Of a stretch of DNA of 64,000 nucleotides, positions 50,596 through 62,100 are shown piece after piece; within the stretch, counting starts at the first letter, position 1; the number at the start of each line of letters is the position of its first letter. The stretch is from Bacilli bacterium (GTDB lineage Bacteria; Bacillota_I; Bacilli_A; RF39; UBA660), in assembly GCA_017435255.1 (NCBI GenBank), contig JAFSFI010000011.1, positions 48,894-112,893 of the forward strand. The letters run 5' to 3'. The notes under the pieces were generated by a model. It saw only the letters and a list, made by a program, of their open reading frames with translations, was not told the DNA's origin and did not search any database. The translations under genes and the position numbers were made by a program.

Positions 50596-51456
50596 ATGGG
50601 TGCCAATAAACAAGAAACAAATATTAGCGAAGAACGTTATGCCGAAATTAAAAAGACGGCTTATAAATATTATCAACAATATAATTTGTTACCAAGATGT
50701 GATAGAAAAAGTTTTTTAGATAGCTTACCTAAGTTAAACACAGAAGAGGAAGACGCTATTCTTCGTTGTACTTTGCTTTTTCCCGATACTGAAGATTTAA
50801 TAGGGTTAGATAGGGCACGATTTTTTCCTTCACTTTTAAAGATGGGAAAACAAGATGATAATGTTACATTTAAAGATGTTGTATTTAAATCAAAAGAATA
50901 TTCTATATATAATACTAGAGAATTAATTCGTTCTAAAAAATTACAAACAATGGATGAACTTAGTTATCCGGATCAATATATTTCTGATAAAGAATATATA
51001 GAAACAAAAGTTTTGGCTTTAGATGTAGTATCACGTTTTTGTGAATTATCATTACCGGAAAAAGCACAGATAGTAACACAGGCTTGTCAAACGGATACAT
51101 ATCAAGCAAAAATACAAATTGCTACATTGCTAATTCCTAATGATATGCTTTTAATGCAACAACTAGAAAATAATTCAATAGAAGAAATTGCTAATTATTA
51201 TAAAGTTCCTTCTTCTGTAATAGAATTTAAAATGGAAGAGTATGATACACAAAGAACAAGTATGTTGATAAACAATGGTAGTTTTGGAGAATTTAAATCT
51301 GTAAGGGTTTGGCACAGAGAGTCATTAGATACAAGCATAATTGCTAACTTGTGGGATCAAAGTTTCTACCAAGGAATTGAAAACGATGCGCGCGAAAAAA
51401 TTAACAATTCATTAGAAGGGTTATTTGGAAAACCAGTTACAAAGACAATGAAGTAA
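50596..51456 (+). CDS. hypothetical protein (286 aa) inserted between nusG and rplK
   Basis: Strong SD GAGGTGG; the start lies 1 nt after the nusG stop. No confidently recognisable family; see findings for weak ImmA/IrrE-like C-terminal motifs without HExxH. Confidence 0.7.
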   Translation: MGANKQETNISEERYAEIKKTAYKYYQQYNLLPRCDRKSFLDSLPKLNTEEEDAILRCTLLFPDTEDLIGLDRARFFPSLLKMGKQDDNVTFKDVVFKSKEYSIYNTRELIRSKKLQTMDELSYPDQYISDKEYIETKVLALDVVSRFCELSLPEKAQIVTQACQTDTYQAKIQIATLLIPNDMLLMQQLENNSIEEIANYYKVPSSVIEFKMEEYDTQRTSMLINNGSFGEFKSVRVWHRESLDTSIIANLWDQSFYQGIENDAREKINNSLEGLFGKPVTKTMK

Positions 51457-51529
51457 GAAAAAATCAAATAAATGTTGATTTTTTGATAGAATAATGGTAT
51501 TATTGAAACGCTATATTTAATTTATATAG

Positions 51530-51590
51530 AAACAAGTGGGAGGCAAAAAGCTAATAAATGCGGACTAGCTATTAGGACCACTCGCGAAAA
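51530..51590 (+). promoter_or_regulatory. structured leader upstream of rplK (possible L1-binding mimic)
   Basis: Helix AGUGG (51535-39) / CCACU (51578-82), with GAGG immediately 3' of the 5' arm. The same GUGG-GAGG...CCAC layout occurs at 52056-52098. Confidence 0.3.
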
Positions 51591-51615
51591 CTAAAATTTA
51601 TAGGAGGTGTTTTTC

Positions 51616-52041
51616 GTGGCAAAAGAAGTAATTAAAAAGATTAAATTACAAATTCAAGCTGGAAAAGCTACACCTGCTCCACCAGTAGGAACAGTGTTAG
51701 GGCCAGCAGGAGTTAACTTACAAGAATTCTGTACTAAATATAATGATGCAACACGTGATAAAATGGGTGATGTATTACCAGTTGAAATTTCAATTTATGA
51801 TGATAGAAGTTTCGATTTCGTAATTAAAACTCCACCTACAGCATTCTTATTAAAGAAAGCAGCAAAAGTTGATAAGGGTTCTGTTAAGGGTAAAAACGAA
51901 ACAGCAGGAACAATTACAAGAGAACAATTAAAAGAAATTGCAGAAACTAAATTACCAGATTTAAATGCTTATGATTTAGAAGCAGCTATGAAAATTGTTG
52001 AGGGTACCGCTCTTAACATGGGAATTAAAATTTCTGAATAA
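51616..52041 (+). CDS. rplK: 50S ribosomal protein L11
   Basis: (V/M)[24 protein letters not shown]; 141 aa from GTG at 51616, preferred over the track start 51607, which overlaps the SD. Confidence 0.95.
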   Translation: MAKEVIKKIKLQIQAGKATPAPPVGTVLGPAGVNLQEFCTKYNDATRDKMGDVLPVEISIYDDRSFDFVIKTPPTAFLLKKAAKVDKGSVKGKNETAGTITREQLKEIAETKLPDLNAYDLEAAMKIVEGTALNMGIKISE

Positions 52042-52054
52042 TAAATAGGGTAAC

Positions 52055-52104
52055 CTATGTGGGAGGATGTCCGCTTACGCTTCCATATATACCACATAAG
52101 GAGG
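52055..52104 (+). promoter_or_regulatory. hairpin leader upstream of rplA overlapping its SD (possible L1 autoregulatory site)
   Basis: UAUGUGG (52056-62) pairs with CCACAUA (52092-98); GAGG follows the 5' arm; SD AAGGAGG starts at 52098. Confidence 0.35.
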
Positions 52105-52111
52105 AATTAAA

Positions 52112-52810
52112 GTGAAAAAAAGAGGTAAGAAATATCTTGACGCTTTATCAAAAATAGAAAAAGGTAAAGCATATACTAAAGAAGAAGCTATAAAATTAGT
52201 TAAAGAAACTTCTGTTAGTAAATTCAATGCATCAGTTGAATTAGCAGTTAGATTAAATCTTGATACAAAAAAAGCTGATCAACAATTAAGAGGTGCAATT
52301 GTATTACCACATGGAACAGGTAAAACAAAGAAAGTATTAGTAATAGCTAGAGGAGATCAAGCTAAGAAAGCAATAGAAGCTGGGGCTGACTTCGTTGGTG
52401 ATACTGATATGTTAGAAAAAATAGAAAAAGAAAACTGGTTCGAATTTGATGTAATGATCGCAACACCAGACATGATGCCATTACTTGGTAAATTAGGTAG
52501 AGTGTTAGGGCCTAAAGGATTAATGCCAAACCCTAAAACTGGAACAGTAACAACAGATGTTGCTAAAGCAGTAGCTGATGTTAAAGCTGGGAGAGTTGAG
52601 TATAGAACAGATTCTTATGGAAATGTTCAAGGTATCATTGGTAATGTAACATTTACAGAAGAACAATTACTTGAAAATTTAAATGCGTTTATGTCAACAA
52701 TTTTAAAAGTAAAACCTTCAACTGTAAAAGGGGATTATGTTAAAAATGTAGCAGTTTCAACTACTATGGGTCCTGGAATTAAAATTATCACAAATTCTTT
52801 TGACAATTAG
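52112..52810 (+). CDS. rplA: 50S ribosomal protein L1
   Basis: 232 aa; GTG start; KKRGKKY...; L1 family sequence. Confidence 0.95.
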   Translation: MKKRGKKYLDALSKIEKGKAYTKEEAIKLVKETSVSKFNASVELAVRLNLDTKKADQQLRGAIVLPHGTGKTKKVLVIARGDQAKKAIEAGADFVGDTDMLEKIEKENWFEFDVMIATPDMMPLLGKLGRVLGPKGLMPNPKTGTVTTDVAKAVADVKAGRVEYRTDSYGNVQGIIGNVTFTEEQLLENLNAFMSTILKVKPSTVKGDYVKNVAVSTTMGPGIKIITNSFDN

Positions 52811-52828
52811 TAGATAATAATATATAAT
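52800..52828 (+). promoter_or_regulatory. consensus sigma-A promoter for rplJL
   Basis: TTGACA (52800-05), 17 nt, TATAAT (52823-28). Confidence 0.7.
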
Positions 52829-52834
52829 ACAAAT

Positions 52835-52965
52835 TGATTTGCGAGTGCCATAGACAGTAGGTATTAAAATAAATCCTACCGAGGACTTAACTTAAGTATA
52901 AGATAAAGTCTTTGTGTCTATAGGATGTGAAGACTTTTCTTTATGGCATTTTTAAATATTATGAG
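52835..52965 (+). promoter_or_regulatory. rplJ (L10) leader with terminator/antiterminator alternative
   Basis: Long-range helix UGCCAUA (52846-52) / UAUGGCA (52942-48) followed by U5. The competing pairing is AUAGACA (52850-56) with UGUCUAU (52915-21). Position equals that of the Firmicute L10 leader. Confidence 0.5.
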
Positions 52966-52976
52966 GAGGTGCTATA

Positions 52977-53471
52977 GTGGCAAACGAGAAAATTCTAGCT
53001 AAAAAGCAAGAAATCATCGACGAAATTAAAGAACGTGTTCAAAACAATGCGACAATAGTTTTATTTGATTATCGTGGAATAACTGATAATGAAGCAAAAG
53101 AATTAAGACGCGCTTTAAGATCCAATGATTCAGATTATAAAGTATATAAAAATACTTTAATGGCTAGAGCATTATCTGATTTAAACATTAATCTTGATGA
53201 TAGTTTGATGGGACCAAGTGCACTAGCATTCGGAACAGATCAAATTGCACCAATAAAAGTGTTATCAGATTTTGCTAAAAAGAACCCTGCTCTAGTATTG
53301 AAAGTGGGAATTGTAGATGGAGAAGTGTCTGACAAATCAAAATTAGATGCGTTAGCAACTATCCCATCAAGAGAAGGACTGCTTACAATGTTAGCTGGAG
53401 GAATGATTGGAATTGCAAAAGATTTATCTATATGCTTAGATCTTTATGCACAACAAAAAGAAGAAAATTAA
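52977..53471 (+). CDS. rplJ: 50S ribosomal protein L10
   Basis: 164 aa; GTG start after SD GAGGAGG; L10 family sequence. Confidence 0.95.
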   Translation: MANEKILAKKQEIIDEIKERVQNNATIVLFDYRGITDNEAKELRRALRSNDSDYKVYKNTLMARALSDLNINLDDSLMGPSALAFGTDQIAPIKVLSDFAKKNPALVLKVGIVDGEVSDKSKLDALATIPSREGLLTMLAGGMIGIAKDLSICLDLYAQQKEEN

Positions 53472-53494
53472 TAAAAATATAGGAGGAATATAAA

Positions 53495-53863
53495 ATGGCT
53501 AAATTAACAAGAGATGAATTTATTAGTGCTTTAAAAGAAATGAACCTTTTAGAAATTAAAGAATTAGTAGACGCTATGAAAGAGGAATTTGGAGTAGATC
53601 CAAGTGCTGTAGCAGTTGCTGCTGCACCAGCAGGTGCTGCTGAAGAAACAGGTCCAAGCGTAGTTACTGTTACATTAGTAAATGCTGGAGCTGCTAAAAT
53701 CAACGTTATCAAAGTAATTAAAGAAATTACAGGATTAGGATTAAAAGAATCTAAAGATATTGCTGATAACGGTGGAGCTGTTAAAGAAGGTATTTCTGTA
53801 GATGAAGCAAATGACATCAAAGCTAAATTAGAAGAAGCTGGTGCTACAGTAGAAGTTAAATAA
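53495..53863 (+). CDS. rplL: 50S ribosomal protein L7/L12
   Basis: 122 aa; Ala-rich hinge; C-terminal [20 protein letters not shown]-type domain. Confidence 0.96.
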   Translation: MAKLTRDEFISALKEMNLLEIKELVDAMKEEFGVDPSAVAVAAAPAGAAEETGPSVVTVTLVNAGAAKINVIKVIKEITGLGLKESKDIADNGGAVKEGISVDEANDIKAKLEEAGATVEVK

Positions 53864-53876
53864 TTAAATTCATTGT

Positions 53877-53905
53877 AGGGTGTAACAAATGTTACACTCT
53901 TTTTA
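53877..53905 (+). terminator. intrinsic terminator after rplL
   Basis: AGGGTGTAAC-AAAT-GTTACACTCT followed by TTTT. Confidence 0.75.
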
Positions 53906-53953
53906 TTGTCATAAATAAGAAAATAATGTATTATAAATAATAGGTGATATGAC

Positions 53954-54751
53954 ATGAATAATAAGGGTGTAAAAAAAAGAAATTGGAAAGATACTGTTAT
54001 AGTTGCTCTAATGATTGCAATAATAGCATTAATTTTAAGTGGGGTTATATCTTATATTAATTTTAGTGGTAGAACAGACGATAAAAATAACGAACCTACA
54101 AATAAAAAAGAATATGAAAACTTAAATGTAACAGACAATTTAGTTACTGATTTGTTCGCTCTTACTAGAGGCAATAATACCAGCTTGTTTTTTGGAACAC
54201 AATACGAAAATGTTTATTATTCAAAAGACAAAATAAATACGAATGAGCTTAATGTTGAATTTAAACTTATGTTATCCTTTGTTACATTAGACAGAGATAA
54301 ATTTAGTTTGGATGGAGAAACAACAGTAATCGAAGAAAAAGATTTAAAAGAACAATACTTAAAAATATTTGGAGATAATGATTATAAGGCGCAAGACATT
54401 AAATATAATTGTCCATCTACCGTTCATTACAACCCAGAAAAAAATAGATTTGAGTATGACGAATATTGTGGTGGACCGCTTAACTACGGGTACCAAAACA
54501 AATTAATAGAGGCAAGAAAATATAGTGATAAGATAGAAATATATGAGAAAGTGGTTTTTTATTTATTGGAAGAAGACACAAATAGAATTACTTATTGGAA
54601 AAACAGCGATTGCAGTGATTTGATTTTAGAAGCTGAAATTGATGACGATTTTGATATTAACAATCATTTAGAAGTGCTGAAAACATATAAATATACTTTT
54701 GAAAAAAATGATGCGTCGTATACATTCGAAAAAGTTGAATTGATGAAGTAA
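53954..54751 (+). CDS. hypothetical membrane-anchored protein (265 aa)
   Basis: SD AGGTGA; one N-terminal TM (VIVALMIAIIALILSGVISYI), then a hydrophilic domain with 4 Cys; no recognisable family. Confidence 0.6.
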   Translation: MNNKGVKKRNWKDTVIVALMIAIIALILSGVISYINFSGRTDDKNNEPTNKKEYENLNVTDNLVTDLFALTRGNNTSLFFGTQYENVYYSKDKINTNELNVEFKLMLSFVTLDRDKFSLDGETTVIEEKDLKEQYLKIFGDNDYKAQDIKYNCPSTVHYNPEKNRFEYDEYCGGPLNYGYQNKLIEARKYSDKIEIYEKVVFYLLEEDTNRITYWKNSDCSDLILEAEIDDDFDINNHLEVLKTYKYTFEKNDASYTFEKVELMK

Positions 54752-54830
54752 GAAAAAAATTAAAGACAAAACTGTTAAATAAAACTATTGATTTTATTGC
54801 TAAAATATAGTATCATTATTAATACGAAAG

Positions 54831-54868
54831 GAGTTAACTATAAATTTCAGTTTATAGTTAACTCTTTT
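54831..54868 (+). terminator. strong hairpin terminator/attenuator upstream of methyltransferase-rpoBC
   Basis: 14-bp perfect stem GAGTTAACTATAAA / TTTATAGTTAACTC, 6-nt loop, then TTTT. Confidence 0.65.
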
Positions 54869-54890
54869 AACTTTTAAAAGGGCTGGTCAC

Positions 54891-55478
54891 ATGGGACAAT
54901 ATTTTAGTAACGATGAATTAAAAAGTGAATTGCGGATATTTACAACACATATATTCGATAGAGAATATTCTTTTTATACAGATAATGGTGTTTTTTCTAA
55001 AGATAAGTTAGATTTTGGCACCAGAACTCTTTTAGAATCTATACCAATTCATGACTTAACTGGCAATGTTTTAGATGTTGGTTGTGGATATGGTGTTATT
55101 GAAGTTATCTTGGGCAAAGTTACGAGTGCAAATTATGAGGGGCTTGATGTTAATAGGCGGGCACTTCATTTGGCAGAGATGAATGCAAAACTAAATGGTG
55201 TTACTAATGTTAGATTTTACGAGAGCAACACGTATGAATGTGTAAACAAGAAATATAATTTTATCATAACAAATCCCCCAATAAGAGCGGGGAAAAAGGT
55301 TGTTTACGATATTGTTATGAACGCAAGGAATTATCTTTTAGATAATGGTGTTTTATATATAGTTATAAGGAAAGAACAGGGAGCTAAATCTATGATGCGT
55401 GATTTAGAAAAATATTATAAGGTTGAGGTTATAAACAAAAATAAAGGTTTTTTTGTAATTAAATGTGTTTTACATTGA
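54891..55478 (+). CDS. class I SAM-dependent (RsmC/RlmG-like) methyltransferase, YbxB-like
   Basis: Motif I VLDVGCGYGVI and motif IV NPPIRAGK. It occupies the same rplL-rpoB position as B. subtilis ybxB. Confidence 0.8.
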   Translation: MGQYFSNDELKSELRIFTTHIFDREYSFYTDNGVFSKDKLDFGTRTLLESIPIHDLTGNVLDVGCGYGVIEVILGKVTSANYEGLDVNRRALHLAEMNAKLNGVTNVRFYESNTYECVNKKYNFIITNPPIRAGKKVVYDIVMNARNYLLDNGVLYIVIRKEQGAKSMMRDLEKYYKVEVINKNKGFFVIKCVLH

Positions 55479-55573
55479 CATCTTGTTTGGAATGTGCTAA
55501 TAATATAAATTGGCAACGTATTAGATTAAGTGAATATGTTCTTTGATTAAATTATTGTATAGGGGTGAAATGA

Positions 55574-58500
55574 GTGGCATATAAGATAATAAATTGTGGT
55601 AACCACCGAAAGAGAAGAAGTTTCTCTAGAATCAAAAATACTTACGAATTAACGGATTTGTTAGAAATCCAAAAAAAATCATATCAATGGTTTGTAGAAA
55701 CAGGAATAAAAGAGGTTTTTGAAGACCTATTCCCCGTAGAAAACTTTTCAGGGACTTTATCTTTAGAATTTGGAGACTATCATTTTGATGAGCCTAGATA
55801 TTCTATTAAACAAAGTAAAGATCGTGAAACAACTTATGCGGCACCTTTAAAGGTAGAAGTTCGCCTTTTTAATCATGAAACAGGAGAAGTAAAAGAACAA
55901 GAAATATTCTTAGGAGATATGCCGCTAATGACAGATAGCGGAACATTCGTTATTAATGGAGCAGAACGTGTAATTGTATCTCAATTAGTAAGATCTCCAA
56001 GCGTTTATTTCAACAAAGAAATAGACAAAAATGGTAGACCTTCTATTACTTCACAAATTATTCCTACACGAGGAACTTGGCTAGAATTTGAAACAGATGC
56101 CAGGGATGTTTTGTATGTAAGAATTGATAGAACTAGAAAGGTTCCGTTGACTACATTATTACGTGCGTTTGGATTATCAAGTGACGAAGAAATTACTAAA
56201 TTGTTTGGTAATGATGAATATCTTGAGAATACATTAGCTAAAGATTCAACTAGAAATACAGACGAAGCGCTAATTGAGATTTATGAAAAACTAAGGCCAG
56301 GAGAACCAGCTACATTAGATTCTTCTAAAAACCAAATTATTACTAGATTCTTTGATGAGTTCAGATATGATTTAGCTCGCGTAGGACGTTATAAATTTAA
56401 TCGCAAGTTAAATGTTTTAGATAGAGTTCTTAACCAAACATTAGCAGAAGATATTAAAGTTGATGGAGAAGTGGTAGTATCTAAAGGAACTTTGGTTACT
56501 AAAGATGTTTTAGATGTTTTAAAACCAATTTTCGAAGCTGGATATAATGTTAAAGAAGCTAAAATTAACGAAGATTTAGATAATTTAAATAAAATTCAAA
56601 CTATTAAGATTTATAATCCATCTAATAAAAAAGAAATTATTACTTTAATTGGTAATGATCAAACATTAGAAGTAAAAAGATTAACAATATCTGATTTATA
56701 TGCATCAGTATCTTATTACTTGAATTTGTTAAAAGGGATCGGGCAATTTGATGAAATTGACCATCTAGGAAACCGTCGTATTCGTCAAGTTGGTGAATTA
56801 TTACAAAACCAATTCAGAATAGGTGTTTCTCGTATGGAAAGAGTTATTCGTGAAAGGATGACTACTCAAGAAATGGAAGAAGTAACACCAAAGACATTAA
56901 TTAATATTAGACCAATTACTGCGGCTATGAAAGAGTTTTTTGGAAGTAGCCAATTATCTCAATTTATGGATCAAACTAACCCAATAGCAGAGCTAACAAA
57001 CAAAAGACGTTTATCTGCGTTAGGACCTGGCGGATTATCAAGAGATAGAGCAGGTATGGAAGTTCGTGACGTTAACGCATCTCACTATGGTAGAATATGT
57101 CCTATTGAATCTCCAGAAGGACAAAATATAGGGCTTATTACATCATTAGCAAGTTATGCAAAAGTTGATGATTATGGATTTATTATGACTCCATATCGTA
57201 AAGTTAAAGATAAAGTATTAACTGATGAAGTTGAATACTTAACAGCAGACGAAGAAAAAGATGTTATTATATCACTTGCTACAGTTACAATTGATGATAA
57301 TAATATGATGACTGATGAGCAGGTTCCTGCAAGATTCCGTGGTGAAAACATTTTAGTTAAACCTGAACAGGTTGATTATGTAGACGTTTCACCACAACAA
57401 GTTGTAGCAGTAACCACAAGTTGTATACCATTCTTAGAGCACGATGATGCAACGCGTGCATTAATGGGAGCAAACATGCAACGTCAATCAGTACCATTGT
57501 TAAAGGCAGAAGCGCCACTAGTAGGTACAGGTGTAGAATATGTTGCAGCAAAAGACTCAGGTGCTGTAGTCGTAGCAAAAGCAGATGGTATTGTAGATTA
57601 TGTAGATGCTAGAAAAATAGTAGTTAAAAATAAAGGTGGAAAAGATGAGTATCATTTGGCTAATTTTGAACTTTCAAATGCAGGTACTTGTCAACACCAC
57701 AGACCAATTGTACAAGTTGGTGACAAAGTTAAAAAGGGAGAAGTTATCGCCGATGGTCCAAGTACAGACAAAGGTGAGCTTGCTCTTGGTAAAAACGTTG
57801 TAGTTGCATTCATGACATTTAATGGATATAACTACGAAGATGCTGTAATCTTAAACGAAAGATTAGTAAAAGATGATGTTTATACTGGTATTCACTTAGA
57901 AGACTTTGAAATGCAATGTCGTGAAACTAAATTGGGACCAGAAGAAATTACAAGAGATATTCCTAATGTTAGTGATGAAGCTAGAAAGCATCTAGATGAA
58001 AATGGTATCGTAATAGTTGGTACTGAAGTAAAAGAAGGAGATATCCTTGTAGGTAAAGTTACTCCTAAAGGAATGGCTGAACTTACTTCAGAAGAAAAAT
58101 TGTTACATGCAATATTCGGAGAAAAAACTCGTGAAGTAAGAGATACATCACTTCGTGTTCCACATGGTGGAGATGGTATCGTTCATGATGTTAAGATCTT
58201 CTCTAGAAAAGATAATGATGAATTACCTGCGGGAGTATCTAAAGTAATTCGTGTATATATAGCACAAAAAAGAAAAATTCAAGTTGGAGATAAAATGGCT
58301 GGGCGTCACGGTAACAAGGGTGTTATCTCACTAATATTACCAGAAGAAGATATGCCATATCTACCAGACGGAAGAACAGTAGATATTATGTTAAATCCAC
58401 AAGGTGTTCCATCTCGTATGAATATTGGACAAATTCTAGAGTTACATTTAGGTATGGCTGCTAAAGAATTAAATGTTCATGTAGCTACACCAGTATTTGA

Positions 58501-59176
58501 TGGTGCTAAGACTAGTGACATAGATGAAATGATGGCTGAAGCGGGACTTGCGCCAGATGGTAAGACAATACTATATGATGGTAGAACTGGTACACCATTT
58601 GATAATAGAATCTCGGTTGGTGTAATGTATATGATCAAACTACATCACATGGTTGATGATAAATTACATGCACGTAGTACAGGACCATATTCATTAGTAA
58701 CTCAACAACCACTAGGAGGTAAAGCTCAATTCGGTGGACAAAGATTTGGAGAAATGGAAGTTTGGGCATTATATGCTTATGGTGCTGCTCATACATTACA
58801 AGAGATCTTGACAGTTAAATCTGATGATGTTATGGGACGTGTAAAAGTATACGAAGCAATCGTCAAAGGGCAAGAAATTAATCAAGCAGGAGTTCCAGAA
58901 AGCTTTAGAGTATTAATGAAAGAGTTCCAAGCTTTGGGTCTTGATATAAGTATCATTAATGACAAAAATGAAGAACTTCAATTAAAAGAAATCGAAGAAG
59001 AGGAATATAAAGAAGATTTTGTTGGAAATGTGGAAGATATAGAGTTACCTATTCAGACACACGAAGATGAAAACAGTGATTATGAGGTTGAAACTGAAGA
59101 AGACTTAGATGAAGACTTTGATGGAGATTTTGATAGCGAATTTGAAGCTGATCTTATGGAAGGAGATGAAAACTAA
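55574..59176 (+). CDS. rpoB: DNA-directed RNA polymerase subunit beta
   Basis: 1200 aa; GTG start. The N-terminus ...[12 protein letters not shown]...[12 protein letters not shown] matches Firmicute RpoB. Acidic C-terminal tail. Confidence 0.97.
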   Translation: MAYKIINCGNHRKRRSFSRIKNTYELTDLLEIQKKSYQWFVETGIKEVFEDLFPVENFSGTLSLEFGDYHFDEPRYSIKQSKDRETTYAAPLKVEVRLFNHETGEVKEQEIFLGDMPLMTDSGTFVINGAERVIVSQLVRSPSVYFNKEIDKNGRPSITSQIIPTRGTWLEFETDARDVLYVRIDRTRKVPLTTLLRAFGLSSDEEITKLFGNDEYLENTLAKDSTRNTDEALIEIYEKLRPGEPATLDSSKNQIITRFFDEFRYDLARVGRYKFNRKLNVLDRVLNQTLAEDIKVDGEVVVSKGTLVTKDVLDVLKPIFEAGYNVKEAKINEDLDNLNKIQTIKIYNPSNKKEIITLIGNDQTLEVKRLTISDLYASVSYYLNLLKGIGQFDEIDHLGNRRIRQVGELLQNQFRIGVSRMERVIRERMTTQEMEEVTPKTLINIRPITAAMKEFFGSSQLSQFMDQTNPIAELTNKRRLSALGPGGLSRDRAGMEVRDVNASHYGRICPIESPEGQNIGLITSLASYAKVDDYGFIMTPYRKVKDKVLTDEVEYLTADEEKDVIISLATVTIDDNNMMTDEQVPARFRGENILVKPEQVDYVDVSPQQVVAVTTSCIPFLEHDDATRALMGANMQRQSVPLLKAEAPLVGTGVEYVAAKDSGAVVVAKADGIVDYVDARKIVVKNKGGKDEYHLANFELSNAGTCQHHRPIVQVGDKVKKGEVIADGPSTDKGELALGKNVVVAFMTFNGYNYEDAVILNERLVKDDVYTGIHLEDFEMQCRETKLGPEEITRDIPNVSDEARKHLDENGIVIVGTEVKEGDILVGKVTPKGMAELTSEEKLLHAIFGEKTREVRDTSLRVPHGGDGIVHDVKIFSRKDNDELPAGVSKVIRVYIAQKRKIQVGDKMAGRHGNKGVISLILPEEDMPYLPDGRTVDIMLNPQGVPSRMNIGQILELHLGMAAKELNVHVATPVFDGAKTSDIDEMMAEAGLAPDGKTILYDGRTGTPFDNRISVGVMYMIKLHHMVDDKLHARSTGPYSLVTQQPLGGKAQFGGQRFGEMEVWALYAYGAAHTLQEILTVKSDDVMGRVKVYEAIVKGQEINQAGVPESFRVLMKEFQALGLDISIINDKNEELQLKEIEEEEYKEDFVGNVEDIELPIQTHEDENSDYEVETEEDLDEDFDGDFDSEFEADLMEGDEN

Positions 59177-62100
59177 TGATAGAAGTAAATAAGTTTGAAG
59201 CTCTAAAAATAGGAATTGCTTCTCCTGATAAAATTCGTGAATGGTCTTATGGTGAAGTAAAAAAACCAGAGACAATAAACTATAGAACATTACGTCCAGA
59301 ACGTGATGGTTTGTTCTGTGAGAAAATATTCGGACCAACTAAGGATTTCGAATGTGCTTGTGGAAAATATAAAAGAGTAAGATATAAAAATATAGTATGT
59401 GATAGATGTGGGGTAGAAGTAACTCGTAGTAAAGTAAGACGTGAAAGAATGGGGCACATTGAGTTAGCTTCTCCTGTTTCACACATTTGGTTCTTTAAAG
59501 GGGTACCATCTCGTATGGGATTAGTCCTTGATATGTCACCTAGAGACCTGGAAGAAGTACTATACTTTGTAAGTTATGTTGTTATTGATAAAGGTATTGC
59601 TCCTTTAGAAAATAAACAAACATTATCTGAAAAAGAATATCGCCAATATTATGAAAAATATGGTAATGGTTTCCGTGTAGGTATGGGTGCTGAAGCGATT
59701 AAAGAACTATTATCTAAAGTAGATATTGAAAAAGAACTAGAAGAAATTACTAAAGAATTGGAAGATGCTCAAGGACAAAAGAGAACTAGATTGTTAAAAC
59801 GTATTGATGTACTTGATGCATTCCATAAATCAGGAAATCGCCCTGAATGGATGATTTTGGATTGTATTCCTGTAATACCACCTGAATTAAGACCAATGAT
59901 TCAATTAGATGGTGGAAGATTTGCAACTAGTGATTTAAATGATTTATACCGCCGTGTAATAAATCGTAATAATCGTTTGAAAAAACTTATTGATTTAAAA
60001 GCACCTGGTATTATCATTCAAAATGAAAAACGTATGCTACAAGAAGCGGTTGACGCTTTATTTGACAACGGAAGACGTGGTAGAAGTGTCACTGGTGCCG
60101 GAAATCGTCCTTTGAAATCAATTTCTAGTATGTTAAAAGGTAAACAAGGAAGATTCCGTCAAAACCTACTAGGTAAACGTGTTGACTACTCGGGTCGTTC
60201 CGTTATCGTTGTTGGTCCATCATTAAAGATGTATCAATGTGGTATTCCAAAAGAAATGGCTATTGAATTGTTTAAACCACACGTTATAAATGGATTAGTA
60301 TCTCGTGATATTGCTCACAATATCAAAGCTGCTAAGAGATTAATTGAAAATAGGGATCCTCAAGTATGGGATGTAGTAGAAGATGTTATTAAAGAGCATC
60401 CAGTTATGCTTAACCGTGCTCCTACACTTCATAGACTTGGTATCCAAGCATTTGAACCAGTACTAATTGGCGGGAAAGCAATTCGTCTTCACCCATTAGT
60501 ATGTCCAGCATTTAATGCAGACTTCGATGGTGACCAAATGGCTGTACACGTGCCTTTATCAGAAGAAGCTCAAGCCGAAGCAAGACTTCTAATGTTAGGT
60601 GCTAATAACATCCTATCACCAAAAAGTGGAGATCCAATTGTTACGCCTTCACAAGACATGGTATTAGGTAACTATTACTTAACTATGGAAAAAGCTGGTT
60701 TAGACGGAGAAGGTAGAGTATTTAAAGATGTTAATGAAGCATTGATGGCTTACGAAAGACGTGAGTTAACTCTACATACCAGAATTGCTCTTCCAGTAGA
60801 TTCATTTAAACACAAATTATTTACTGAAGGTCAAAAAGGTAAGTACTTAGTTACAACTGTAGGTAAATTAATATTTAATGAAGTTTTACCAGATTCATTT
60901 GCATACATTAATGAACCAACATTAGATAATATTCAAAGTATTACTCCTAATAAATACTTTATTGAAAAAGGTCAAAACATTCCTGAAGTAATTAAGGAAA
61001 TGCCTATAGTAAAACCATTCCCTAAAGGAACTTTAGAGAATATAATTGCTCAAGTATTTAAAAGATATAAAACAACTGAGACTTCAATAATGTTGGATAA
61101 GTTAAAAGATTTAGGATTTAAATATTCAACAGTAGCAGGTATTACAATATCAATTAGTGATGTTGTAACAAGTAACACTAAAAACGAAATTATTGCTGAA
61201 GCTAAAAAAGTTGTGGATAAAATAAACAAACAATATCAACGTGGATTGATCACAGATGAAGAAAGATTCCAAAAAGTAATTTCTACTTGGGATGATGCTA
61301 AGAACCAAGTGCAAAAAGAATTATCAGGTATGGCTGATAAGTATACAGATAACCCAATCTTCATGATGATGCACTCTAAGGCTCGTGGATCTATCTCTAA
61401 CTTCACTCAGTTAGCAGGTATGCGTGGTATCATGTCTAAACCAGATGGTACTCCAGTAGAAATTCCAATTACTTCTAACTTTAGGGAAGGGTTATCAGTT
61501 TCTGAGTTCTTCTTATCAACACACGGTGCTCGTAAAGGTAGTGCCGATACGGCGTTAAAAACTGCAGACTCTGGATACTTAACTAGACGTTTAGTAGATG
61601 TTTCTCAAGATATTATCGTAAGAGAAGAGGATTGCGGAACAGAAAATGGTGTAGTTGTTCGTGAATTCGTTAACGATAAAACAGGAGAAGTGATTGAAAA
61701 ATTATATGATCGTATTGTGGGTAGATATGCCAACAAGAAAATTATTAATCCTGAAACAAAAGCAGTTATTGCTGAAAAATTAGAATATATCACAGAATCA
61801 ATTGCTGATAAAATTGTTAAAGCAGGAATAAAAGAAGTTGAAATCAGAACTACTTTAACTTGTGATACTGTAAACGGTGTTTGTCAAAAATGTTATGGTA
61901 GAAACCTTGCTACAGGAAATATCGTTGAAATTGGTGAAGCTGTAGGTATTATGGCTGCTCAATCAATTGGTGAACCAGGAACTCAATTAACCATGAGAAC
62001 ATTCCACACAGGTGGAGTTGCTGGTGGAGAAGATATAACTCAAGGTTTACCTCGTATTCAAGAATTGTTTGAAGCAAGAATTCCAAAAGGAAAATCAACA

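Noticed and set aside
53428-53955. 175-codon ORF on the minus strand opposite rplL
   Set aside because: It is fully antisense to a highly conserved, highly expressed ribosomal gene. The Ala/Ser/Leu-rich translation is the typical mirror of GCN/GAA-rich codons. There is no SD and no family resemblance.
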